Positions 49,605 to 59,700 of a stretch of 64,000 nt of DNA are shown piece after piece. Every line of letters begins with the position of its first letter. Position 1 is the first letter of the stretch. The notes below the pieces were generated by a model. That model did no database searches. It was not told where the DNA came from and saw only the letters and a program-made list of their open reading frames with translations. The stretch comes from Alphaproteobacteria bacterium (GTDB lineage Bacteria > Pseudomonadota > Alphaproteobacteria > Rickettsiales > UBA998): assembly GCA_043765375.1 (NCBI GenBank), contig JAYUJH010000035.1:7348-71347 (forward strand), written 5' to 3'. The translations under genes and the position numbers were made by a program.

Positions 49605-51050
49605 ATGGATTTTACTAATCTCACCCCAGCTTTGAACTTCACTCCAGCATTGCAAAATCGTCGTTGCCATGTTATCGCAACGATAGGGCCTAAAACTGAT
49701 GCACTTGCATTGTTGAAGGCTGGTGCTACGGCGTTTCGTTTGAACTTTTCTCATGGCAGCCATGAAGCGCATTTGGAGCGTATTGCAGCAATTCGTGCAG
49801 CAGAAAAACAATTTGGTAAGTTTGTGTGCATCATTGCGGATTTGCAAGGGCCTAAAATTAGGGTTGGAACATTTGAAGAAGAAATAATTACGCTAGTTGA
49901 GGGCAAGGAAGTTACCCTTGAAGTGAGCAAAGAAAAGGGTCGTGCGGGTTTGATTCGTCTGCCACACCCTGAAATTATTGCCGCAATTCAAGTGGGTGAT
50001 TTAATCAAGCTAGATGATGGCTTGATGGTGCTTAGAATTATTCGCAAACAATCAGATTTGTTGGCAACAGCGGTGGTTGAAGTTGGTGGGATATTATCCG
50101 CTCGCAAAGGCGTGAATGTGCCAACTCGCCAATTGCCAATTTCTGCAATGACTGAGAAAGATAAGCGTGACCTTGAGTTTGTGTTGCAACATGGTGTTGA
50201 TGTGATTGCGCTGAGTTTTGTGCAAACGGCTGATGATGTGCGTGAAGCGCAGGAAATTGTGAAAGGGCGGGCGTTGATTTTATCCAAAATTGAAAAACCA
50301 TTGGCGATTGAGCATATTGATGAAATTGTTGAATTGTCAGATATGATAATGGTGGCTCGTGGTGATTTGGGTGTGGAATTGCCAACTGAGCAAGTTCCAG
50401 CAGCGCAACGCAAAATTGTCAACGCTTGCAGGCGTGCGGGTAAGCCAGTTGTTGTGGCAACACAAATGTTGCAATCAATGATTGATAATCCATCGCCAAC
50501 TAGAGCGGAAGCATCAGATGTGGCAACAGCGGTATATATGGGCGTTGATGCAGTTATGCTAAGTGCGGAATCAGCGGTTGGGAAATATCCGATTGAATCA
50601 GTGGCGATGATGGATAGTATCATTAAAGCGGTGGAAGATGATGAAACTTATTGGGAAGATTTATATGCAAGGCGCAAACAGCCTTTGGCAGCAGATTCAA
50701 ATGTGCTTTCAACTTCCGCCCGTGACATTGCCCGTGCTTTACCAGCGGAGGCAATTTTTGCTTTCACTCGCAGTGGAGCAGCAGCTTTTGCCGCCGCAAG
50801 GGAGCGTGCTTATTCACCTTTATACGCATTAACGCCTGATGAAAATGTCGCTCGCAGATTATCACTCGTATGGGGGGTCACTCCCGTGCTTTCACCTGAG
50901 CATAATGATTCTGATACAATGCTTGCATGGGCAGAAAATTATGCGCACAAGGAATTGAAGCTAAAGGCGGGCGCAAAAGTTGTGGTGCTAGCTGGAACAC
51001 CTTTTGGTGTTTCGGGGACGACTAATACCTTAAAAATAATTAGTTTATAG
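49605..51050 (+). CDS. pyk: Pyruvate kinase
   Basis: 481 aa. FRLNFSHG, IIADLQGPKIR and MVARGDLGVELP match pyruvate kinase. Confidence 0.93.
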   Translation: MDFTNLTPALNFTPALQNRRCHVIATIGPKTDALALLKAGATAFRLNFSHGSHEAHLERIAAIRAAEKQFGKFVCIIADLQGPKIRVGTFEEEIITLVEGKEVTLEVSKEKGRAGLIRLPHPEIIAAIQVGDLIKLDDGLMVLRIIRKQSDLLATAVVEVGGILSARKGVNVPTRQLPISAMTEKDKRDLEFVLQHGVDVIALSFVQTADDVREAQEIVKGRALILSKIEKPLAIEHIDEIVELSDMIMVARGDLGVELPTEQVPAAQRKIVNACRRAGKPVVVATQMLQSMIDNPSPTRAEASDVATAVYMGVDAVMLSAESAVGKYPIESVAMMDSIIKAVEDDETYWEDLYARRKQPLAADSNVLSTSARDIARALPAEAIFAFTRSGAAAFAAARERAYSPLYALTPDENVARRLSLVWGVTPVLSPEHNDSDTMLAWAENYAHKELKLKAGAKVVVLAGTPFGVSGTTNTLKIISL

Positions 51051-51227
51051 CTATAATTTCGTTGTGATTTCCACAGTTACTTGCTGCAAATCACAGTTTA
51101 ACTTGTTTTTTTCTCTCATGTATTTTAGCGCATTAGTGAAATCATAATATAACTTAAAATAACAATGAAATATTTTTTCTAAAGGCGTATTAACAACATA
51201 TAAATATTTATATGCAATTATTAGCGA

Positions 51228-52679
51228 ATGAACCAATCTCAACTAAATAAACAAAAAATTACCCCCGTTATTTTGTGCGGAGGAGTTGGTAGCAGACTTT
51301 GGCCACTCTCCCGAGCAAAACACCCAAAACAGTTTTTGGCGTTGTGTCATGAGAGCCACAGCATGTTGCAACAAACATTAATGCGGGTTGTGGGTGATGA
51401 TTTTGCCAAGCCGATTATCGTTGCTAATGAGGAACATCGCTTTTTGATAGCGTCACATTTGCAAGAAATCAACCTAGAGGCGGATATTATCCTTGAGCCA
51501 CAGGGGCGCAACACCGCAGCAGCAATTGCAGTTGCAGCAATGCACGCCTCGCCTGATGCAACATTGTTAGTGCTACCATCTGACCATATCATCACTGACA
51601 TATCAGCTTTTTTGCAAGCGGTGCAAGTGGCTTATGGTGCAGCGCAACAGGGGCATTTGGTAACATTTGGCATCACCCCTGAATATGCACATACGGGCTA
51701 TGGATATATCAGCCAAGGTGAATTAATCGCAGGATATGATAATATTTATCATGTTGCGCAATTTGTAGAAAAGCCAAACAAACAGCGAGCTGAGGAATAT
51801 TTAGCCACTAATAAATATTCGTGGAATAGCGGTATGTTCATGTTTGCATCGGCAGTGTTTTTGGAAGAAATTGCAGCATTACAACCAACCATTCATCATC
51901 ATGTTAAAGATGCGCTAAAAAATGCACAAATTGATGCGGATTTCATACGGTTAAGTCATGATTATTTTGTGCAATTACCTAATATTTCGGTTGATGTGGC
52001 GGTGATGGAACAAACTGACAAAGCCGCAATAATTCCGTTGCAATGTGGTTGGAGTGATGCGGGCAGTTGGGATTGTGTGTGGGCAAGCGTTGCGCATGAT
52101 GCAAATGGTAATGCTAAACATGGTTTGGTGGTGGAGCAGGATTGTCGCAATAATTATTTATATGTGCAACAAAATGCGCCAATAATTGCAGCAATCGGGG
52201 TTGATAATCTTACCATCATCAGCACGCCAGATGTGGTGATGATTGCTAAGCAAACTTCATCGCAAGCAGTGAAGGAGTTATCTATCATTGCGCAAAATAT
52301 TAGCACTGAATTATTGGAAAATCATGTGCGGGTGGTGCGCCCTTGGGGGTTTTATGAAACATTAATGCCGCAAGTTTCAACTCCTGAAATTGGCTATAAA
52401 GTTAAGCATATTAATGTGGCGGTGGGAGGAGAGTTATCAACGCAAATGCACCATCGCAGGCTTGAACATTGGGTGATTGTGCAGGGCAATGCAAGGGTGG
52501 TGCTTGATGCGGTTGAACATTTGATTGATGCGGGTGGCTATATTTTCATTCCACAAGGGGCGGTGCATTCAATTAGTAATATCGGCAAAACCCCACTTTA
52601 TTTTGTGGAAGTGCAAATGGGTGATTATCTCGGTGAAGATGATATTGTGCGCTTTCATGATAAATATGGTAGGAATTGA
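51228..52679 (+). CDS. manC: Mannose-1-phosphate guanylyltransferase / mannose-6-phosphate isomerase
   Basis: 483 aa. It has PVILCGGVGSRLWPLSR...PKQFL and the C-terminal cupin GGELSTQMHHRRLEHWVIVQGNA. Confidence 0.9.
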   Translation: MNQSQLNKQKITPVILCGGVGSRLWPLSRAKHPKQFLALCHESHSMLQQTLMRVVGDDFAKPIIVANEEHRFLIASHLQEINLEADIILEPQGRNTAAAIAVAAMHASPDATLLVLPSDHIITDISAFLQAVQVAYGAAQQGHLVTFGITPEYAHTGYGYISQGELIAGYDNIYHVAQFVEKPNKQRAEEYLATNKYSWNSGMFMFASAVFLEEIAALQPTIHHHVKDALKNAQIDADFIRLSHDYFVQLPNISVDVAVMEQTDKAAIIPLQCGWSDAGSWDCVWASVAHDANGNAKHGLVVEQDCRNNYLYVQQNAPIIAAIGVDNLTIISTPDVVMIAKQTSSQAVKELSIIAQNISTELLENHVRVVRPWGFYETLMPQVSTPEIGYKVKHINVAVGGELSTQMHHRRLEHWVIVQGNARVVLDAVEHLIDAGGYIFIPQGAVHSISNIGKTPLYFVEVQMGDYLGEDDIVRFHDKYGRN

Positions 52680-52709
52680 TGCAGTTGTTTAGCCTAAAAC
52701 ATTGCCAGC

Positions 52710-53351
52710 CTAAAACATTGAATTAATGAACATGATTAACTCAGAATATAAAAATATTAAAAAATAAGTCCATATCAGCCCAATTATAATCCCAATTATC
52801 ACGGCTAAACCATCATGCATTAATATTCCCATTCCAATGATGAACATACCAATTGAAGGCACAAAATTGGTCAGAGGCCCAGGGACGGCAATTACAAGGG
52901 TGAATAATAGTAAAAAACAGGCGATAATGCGTTCAAACTTTGGTTGCAAAACTCCGCCAAGCCTTGGTTTGATGATTATTTCCACGCGTTTTATGTATGG
53001 TATAGATTTATTGATAACCATTTGCAAAGTCGCACGTTTTATTTGTTTTTTAGCGATAAAATTAGGCAATTTTGGTGCGTCATATTTCAACATCATTTGT
53101 GCAGCAATTATGATTTGCGGCAATGCAAAGGCGGTTGCCACTAGCGGGATAGCATTCAACATGGAAAATAGCAAAATTAACATTCCAAAACCACGATCAT
53201 GCAGTTGCAACATTATGTCATTAAGGCTAATCATATCGTCATGAGAATTGTCGTTTTCACCATTATTTTCACCATTGCTTTCACAATTATTTTCATGTGG
53301 TTTTTGAAAAATAGTTGCGAGCAATTCTGATATTTTGAAAGGTGATGTCAT
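52710..53351 (-). CDS. exoD: Exopolysaccharide synthesis ExoD family membrane protein
   Basis: 213 aa. HDRGFGMLILLFSMLNAIP...LP...KPRLG follows the ExoD layout. Confidence 0.7.
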   Translation of the reverse strand: MTSPFKISELLATIFQKPHENNCESNGENNGENDNSHDDMISLNDIMLQLHDRGFGMLILLFSMLNAIPLVATAFALPQIIIAAQMMLKYDAPKLPNFIAKKQIKRATLQMVINKSIPYIKRVEIIIKPRLGGVLQPKFERIIACFLLLFTLVIAVPGPLTNFVPSIGMFIIGMGILMHDGLAVIIGIIIGLIWTYFLIFLYSELIMFINSMF

Positions 53352-53414
53352 GGTTTTTTTGCCGTATTGTTGCAGGTTTAGTTATATTTATAGCTCTAAA
53401 CAGCAATAAAGCAA

Positions 53415-53945
53415 TTATTTGTAATGTTCTATTAATATATTATATGAAGTGGTGATTTGATTGAAAATATCAGCAGCGTCGGCTTGTTTATTAACATCTG
53501 GGTGATATTTCTTAACTAAATATTTATATTGAGCTTTGATATTTTTCACCTCACATGGGTGAGTTAGCGCAAAAACTTCCAATGCTCCCCTGATTTCTTT
53601 GGAGATAACTAACGGAGCTTGTTTTGCTTCAATATGCAAAAAGTTCTCAAGCGCATGTTCAAGTTCCAGCAAGCGCAAATCGGGATTATCACCAATTTTC
53701 CATGTGGGGCGATGTCCTGTGATTGCTTCATGGCGAAAATTAACTATTGCATCTTCGTCCATTCCTGCAAAAAAATCATAGGATTTGTTGAACTCCTGCA
53801 CATGGAGCAAACAAAAATGGTGATAATCCTTGTTTCCACCGCCTTTGCGCTTTGGTGCTTTATGCAAACCAAGCTCCAAGCAATTTGGTGCATCACATTT
53901 TGGCGCATTGACAAATGTTTCTGTAGCTTTTTTTCGTTTTACCAT
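53415..53945 (-). CDS. J-domain (DnaJ-like) protein with a C-terminal J domain
   Basis: 176 aa. KAQYKYLVKKYHPDVN holds the HPD motif. It lies divergent from bolA. Confidence 0.75.
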   Translation of the reverse strand: MVKRKKATETFVNAPKCDAPNCLELGLHKAPKRKGGGNKDYHHFCLLHVQEFNKSYDFFAGMDEDAIVNFRHEAITGHRPTWKIGDNPDLRLLELEHALENFLHIEAKQAPLVISKEIRGALEVFALTHPCEVKNIKAQYKYLVKKYHPDVNKQADAADIFNQITTSYNILIEHYK

Positions 53946-53983
53946 TATAATTTGTTTTATATAGATAAAATATCAAAAAGTGA

Positions 53984-54256
53984 ATGGAAGAAATGACAAA
54001 AATGCAAATTAGCGAACAGATTTATGCGTTGCTTGAGGCGGAGTTTTTGCCTGATAAATTGGTTGTTGTGAATGAATCTCATTATCATGCGGGACATGCT
54101 GAAGCGGGTGATGGCGGTGATACTCACTTCAAAGTGCAAATATCTGCTATGTCATTGCGAGGCAAAAACAAAATTGCGCAACATAGGGCGATTTATGCTT
54201 GTTTGAGTGAGTTAATCAACAACCCAATTCATGCTTTGGCAATTGAGGTTGGTTGA
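53984..54256 (+). CDS. bolA: BolA family protein
   Basis: 90 aa. VVNESHYHAGHAEAG...THFKVQISA...HRAIYACL matches BolA. Confidence 0.85.
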   Translation: MEEMTKMQISEQIYALLEAEFLPDKLVVVNESHYHAGHAEAGDGGDTHFKVQISAMSLRGKNKIAQHRAIYACLSELINNPIHALAIEVG

Positions 54257-54379
54257 TAATGTTCAACATTGTCATGTGAAATATATTATCATGCAAAATA
54301 TTGGCGCAGAAAATTATTTTCGCTGAGGCAATTTAATTGCTGCATTCGTCATAAAAATATAATATATTCATAATTACTT

Positions 54380-54934
54380 ATGCAATCAGTTCATCAGAAA
54401 AATAATATTAATCAAAAAAATAATAACCTAATGCTAAGCCTGTTCGCAGTGGTGGCGGGAATGGTGATGTTGTGTTATGCTGCTGTGCCGTTATATAGTT
54501 TGTTTTGTAAAATGACAGGCTACGGCGGAACGCCAACAATTGGTGCAACCACGCCAGAGCATATTATTGGTCGGGAGGTGACGGTTAGCTTCAACACAGA
54601 CAAAGCAAAAGATTTGCCGTGGCAATTTGAATCACTACAAAAAGCGATAACTTTGCCCCTTGGCAAGCGACAATTAGCATTTTTCAAAGCAACCAACACC
54701 AGCGATCACGATATCACGGGAATGGCAACTTATAATGTGACACCATTCAAAGTTGGGGAATATTTCGTGAAAATGCAGTGTTTTTGTTTTGAAAAACAAA
54801 CGATAAAAGCAGGCGAAACTGTAACTTTTCCTGTGTCTTTTTATGTTGATAGCGCATTAAATGACAATAAATATATGTCTGATATAACAAATATTACTTT
54901 ATCATATACATTTTTTCCGCTAAAAGAGAAATAA
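54380..54934 (+). CDS. ctaG: Cytochrome c oxidase assembly protein CtaG/Cox11
   Basis: 184 aa. AAVPLYSLFCKMTGYGGTP and the copper site MQCFCFEKQ match Cox11. Confidence 0.9.
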   Translation: MQSVHQKNNINQKNNNLMLSLFAVVAGMVMLCYAAVPLYSLFCKMTGYGGTPTIGATTPEHIIGREVTVSFNTDKAKDLPWQFESLQKAITLPLGKRQLAFFKATNTSDHDITGMATYNVTPFKVGEYFVKMQCFCFEKQTIKAGETVTFPVSFYVDSALNDNKYMSDITNITLSYTFFPLKEK

Positions 54935-54956
54935 CTTAATTAATTGAGGTTTTTTT

Positions 54957-55778
54957 ATGAGTGCAGAACAAAATCACCCTTATCATGTGTTAGAGCCAAG
55001 TCCTTACCCGATTTGCACCTCATTCTCACTGATGGCACTTGCTTGTGCGGGGCTGATGTGGCTGAAACAACATGCTCTTGGAATGCCGCTAACCATAGCT
55101 GCTGCCATGTTGCTTGGGTCATGTTGTTTTTTGTGGTGGCGCAGTGCAATTCGTGAAGGGATTCGTGACCACGCCCATAATCATGTTGTGCAGCAGGGCT
55201 TGCGCTTTGGTATGGCGTTATTTATCGTGTCAGAATTAATGTTTTTTGTGGCGTTTTTCTGGGCGTTTTTTAATTCCAGCTTATATCCTCATGTCCATAT
55301 TTCTGATGCTTGGGATATTATCACGGGCGTTGCTGAATGGCCACCGAAAGGAATTGAAACATTCAATGCTTGGGATTTACCATTTTTGAATACGCTGATT
55401 TTGCTATTATCTGGAACGACTTTAACATGGGCGCATCACTCATTATTGCATGGCAAAAACGATGAGTTAAAGCAGTTTTTAGCGGTTACAGTGTTTCTTG
55501 GCGTGATTTTCAGTTGCTTGCAAGCATTGGAATATTCGCACGCCGCGTTTAATTTGAAAGATGGGATATATGCTGCAACTTTTTATCTTGCAACAGGTTT
55601 TCATGGGGCGCATGTAATGATTGGGACGGCTTTTCTAGCAGTCAATCTAGTGCGGGCGCATCGTGGAACTTTAACAATAGAAGGGCATTTGGGGTTTGAG
55701 TTTGCTGCATGGTATTGGCATTTTGTTGATGTTGTATGGTTGTTTTTATTCGTATTCGTTTATTGGTGGGGAGCTTGA
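54957..55778 (+). CDS. ctaE: Cytochrome c oxidase subunit III
   Basis: 273 aa. HPYHVLEPSPYP and YWHFVDVVWLFLFVFVYWWG match subunit III. Confidence 0.93.
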   Translation: MSAEQNHPYHVLEPSPYPICTSFSLMALACAGLMWLKQHALGMPLTIAAAMLLGSCCFLWWRSAIREGIRDHAHNHVVQQGLRFGMALFIVSELMFFVAFFWAFFNSSLYPHVHISDAWDIITGVAEWPPKGIETFNAWDLPFLNTLILLLSGTTLTWAHHSLLHGKNDELKQFLAVTVFLGVIFSCLQALEYSHAAFNLKDGIYAATFYLATGFHGAHVMIGTAFLAVNLVRAHRGTLTIEGHLGFEFAAWYWHFVDVVWLFLFVFVYWWGA

Positions 55779-55850
55779 TAACATTATAATCACTAATATT
55801 ATAATTATTAACATATTGGTGTATTTTGCAAGAAACTGGGGATTATAATC

Positions 55851-56687
55851 ATGGAAATGCGTGATAGGCGAAAAGATGCAAGGCTGCAACGTGAGCAAGA
55901 AGAGCTTGAAGCAAAGAAAAAGCGTTGGCATAATCCGCACTGGTTTGCATGGCTATTTATCATCGGTGCTGTTGGGTTGCTGTTCTCCTTGAGCGCGTGG
56001 CAGATTCAACGCTTGCAATGGAAAACGGGCTTGATTGCGGAGATAAGCTCGCACCACTTAAGCAAGGTTGGTAAGTTGCCTAAAGATGAGAATAAACTCA
56101 AATCTATGGGCAAATCTATGGGCAAATCTATGGGATTTTCTCGGGTGATGCTTGAAGGCGAGTTTTTGCATGATGACGAAATCCACCTTGTCCCTCGTTA
56201 TTATAATAGTCAATTAGGATATCATATTTTAACGCCATTTCAATTGACTGATGGCAGGATTGCGTTGCTTAACCGTGGTTGGGTTCCGAACAAACAAAAA
56301 AATGATGAAGGGCGCAAAGCGGTGCATGGCAAGCAAACCGTGATTGCGATGATACGAACTGATGGTGACCGTAATTATTTCACTCCCAAAAATGATGCAA
56401 TTAAAAATATCTGGTTTGGGCGTGATTTGAGTGAGATAGAGAAGGCGACGGGTTATGCACTTGTTCCTGTCAATATGGATTTGCTTTATGATTCTCCCAA
56501 GGGTGGGTTGCCAATTGCCTCAAACGGTTTGGTGGAATTGCGCAATGACCATTTGGGTTATGCAATAACATGGTTCTTAATCGGTTTTTGTGGTGCGGTG
56601 ATTTTTTTCTACCGCCATTATTATGTGCCAACGCCTATACCAACGCCCGTGCCAAATTATGCTCCAAATACTGGGCAAAAATCGTAA
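55851..56687 (+). CDS. SURF1 family cytochrome oxidase biogenesis protein
   Basis: 278 aa. LSAWQIQRLQWK, LLNRGWVP and NDHLGYAITWF match SURF1. It contains a KSMG x3 repeat. Confidence 0.85.
   Translation: MEMRDRRKDARLQREQEELEAKKKRWHNPHWFAWLFIIGAVGLLFSLSAWQIQRLQWKTGLIAEISSHHLSKVGKLPKDENKLKSMGKSMGKSMGFSRVMLEGEFLHDDEIHLVPRYYNSQLGYHILTPFQLTDGRIALLNRGWVPNKQKNDEGRKAVHGKQTVIAMIRTDGDRNYFTPKNDAIKNIWFGRDLSEIEKATGYALVPVNMDLLYDSPKGGLPIASNGLVELRNDHLGYAITWFLIGFCGAVIFFYRHYYVPTPIPTPVPNYAPNTGQKS
56100..56135 (+). repeat. In-frame 12-bp x3 tandem repeat (KSMG)3 inside SURF1
   Basis: The units aaatctatgggc aaatctatgggc aaatctatggga were read directly. Confidence 0.95.
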
Positions 56688-56762
56688 AGTGAAACCTTGC
56701 ATATTTCTGCAAATTGTGTAAATTACGTTGCTATATTATAATCAAAATTGAGCAATTTTTTC

Positions 56763-59700
56763 ATGTCACAAACCAAACAGAATTATCCACAAGTGAAATC
56801 CGATGTTAGCTTTCCGCAGCTTGAGCGTGAAGTGCTAGATTTTTGGCAAAGAGAGCGGGTATTTGAGCAATCAGTGGCGATGCGTCCCGCTACAAAATCT
56901 ATGCTCCCTGCAATAAATGGTGATAGTAGCAATGCTTATGTGTTCTATGATGGTCCTCCATTTGCAAATGGGTTGCCACATCATGGACATTTACTGACTG
57001 GATATGTTAAGGATATGTTCGCCCGCTATCAAACAATGAAAGGCAAACGGGTTGAGCGACGCTTTGGTTGGGATTGTCACGGGCTGCCCGCAGAAATGGA
57101 GGCGGAAAAGCAATTAGGCGTATCAGGGCGAGCAAATATCATAAATTATGGGGTGGAAAAGTTCAATGCGCATTGCCGCACTTCTGTGATGGCGTATCGT
57201 AATGAATGGGAGGAATATGTTAATCGCCAAGCAAGATGGGTGGATTTTGAGAATGATTATAAAACCATGGATACGCCTTATATGGAGTCGGTGCTATGGG
57301 CTTTTGCGGAGCTGCATAAAAAGGGCTTGATCTATGAGGGGTTTAAGGTGATGCCTTATAGTTGGGCGGCAGAAACAGTGCTTTCCACCTCCGAAATCCG
57401 CATGGACGATGCCACAAGAGAGAAGGTGGACAAAGCGGTTACAGTTGCATTTAAGTTGAAAGAAGTTCCAAAAAAACTAAAAGAGCTAGCTGATAATTTT
57501 CAAAATGGTGCAGAAATATATTTATTAGCATGGACAACAACCCCGTGGACATTGCCAAGCAATTTAGCGTTGGCGGTTAGTGAAAAGGTAAGCTACTCTG
57601 CCTTTGAGTGTTTCCATAAAAATGGAAAAATAGATTGGTTTATACAATATTGTAATGCAGGTAACCTTTCAGCTGCAAAAGAATTATTAGAAAGAAATAC
57701 AAACTGTGAAATTGGACAAATAATTGATATAACTCATGCGAATGAAGATAAGTTATCTTCTTTGGTTGGACTTCAATATGAACCATTATTCCCCTATTTT
57801 GCGAATCACCCAAACGCTTTCAAAGTGCTTGATGGCAGTGATTTCATTGAGGAAGGGGCGGGGACGGGGATTGTTCACATGGCGCCCGCATTTGGTGAAG
57901 ATGATATGCGCATATGCGCCGCAAACGGAATTGAGGTGGTAATTCCAGTTGATGGCGAAGGAAAATATAGCGATGCAATTTATGATTTAACCAGTATTCA
58001 AACCAAGCGTTGCATTTTGCGCACTCCAACTGATTCAGATGCAAGCAATTTTTTGCGGTTGCATACTAATCCACAAGTCATGGCAACGGTTAATGATGGC
58101 TTGATGAGTGAAGCGGAGGCAAATGAAGATTTCGCCCGTAATTTGGCGCATTTCAAGCAACATAGTTATGGTCAATTTGCGGTTTATAATCGTGATAATG
58201 GTGCATTTATGGGGCGTGCGGGTTTGAGTTTTTCTGCGCAAACTGATGGATTTCCCGCCCGTCCAACCTTGCGTTGCGCACTTCTGCCTGAGTTTTGGCA
58301 TGGTGGATATGGTGGTGAGTTATGCGCTGCTGCAATAGAATATGGCTTTAATTATTTGGGTTTTTCGGAAATAGCGGGCGGTGCATTGGAGAATAATCCA
58401 CGTTCACATGAAATGATGAAACGTTTAGGCATGAAATATGTGCAAGATGTGATGTTCAAACGTTCTATGGGACCTTATTTTTTGATAACTAAGCAGGATT
58501 TTGTTGGCGATAATGCTATTATAGTAAATATTTTTTCTCTTAAAGGGTTAAATGTTATTCAAGAAACAGAAAAATTGAATAAATTGGAAAAAGAAGACCA
58601 ACAAAAATATGAAAAATCCAAATATAGTATTAAAAACTTAAATCAGTTTGGGCTTGCAAATATAAGAATTGCTAAATGGCTTAATGACAAAGGCGTTTTA
58701 ATTAAAGAAGATAATGATTTTAGGCATAATTATCCGCATTGCTGGCGAACTGATAAGCCGATTATTTATCGTGCGATGTCTTCATGGTTTGTTGATGTGC
58801 CAAAAATCAAAGATCGTATGATTGAGCTAAATCAGCAAATAAACTGGATTCCTGAACATGTGAAAGATGGTAGATTTGGCAAATGGCTTGAGGGCGCAAG
58901 AGAATGGTCAATTAGTCGTTCACGTTTTTGGGGCTGCCCAATCCCCGTATGGCGCAGTGATAACCCTGAAAATACGCAATTATATGTGTTTGAATCAATT
59001 GCTGAGTTGGAGCAATTTTTTGGCGTTAAAGTGGAAGATTTGCATAAACCATTCATTGACACATTAACCAAGCCAGACCCAACTAATGCGAAATATACAT
59101 TATCACGTGTTGATGAAGTGTTTGATTGCTGGTTTGAATCTGGCTCAATGCCTTATGCGCAGGTGCATTATCCGTTTGAGAACAAAGAATGGTTTGAGGC
59201 TAACTTCCCCGCTGATTTCATTGTGGAATATGAGGCACAAACACGGGGCTGGTTTTATAATATGATGGTGCTATCTGTTGCATTATTTGACCGTATTCCG
59301 TTTAAGAATTGTATTTGTCATGGCGTGGTGCTGGACGGTGAAGGGCGAAAACTTTCCAAAAAGCTCAAAAATTATGTAAGCCCGATGGAATTATTTGATG
59401 AATATGGCTCAGATGCGCTGCGCTGGTTTTTGATGTCATCAACCATTATGCGGGGCAATGAGTTGTTTCTTGACGCTGAAGGTGTGTTTATCCGTGATGC
59501 TGTGCGCCTATATATTAAACCATTATGGAATGCTTACAACTTCTTTTGCCTATATGCAAATGCGGACGGAGTTGTAGCTAATTTTGATTTAAGTTCGGCA
59601 AATATAATGGATAAATATATTTTGGCGAAATTAAAGGCGTGCGTGGGGGCAGTTGAGATTGCGCTTGATGCTTATGATACGCCAACGGCTTGTGCGATCA

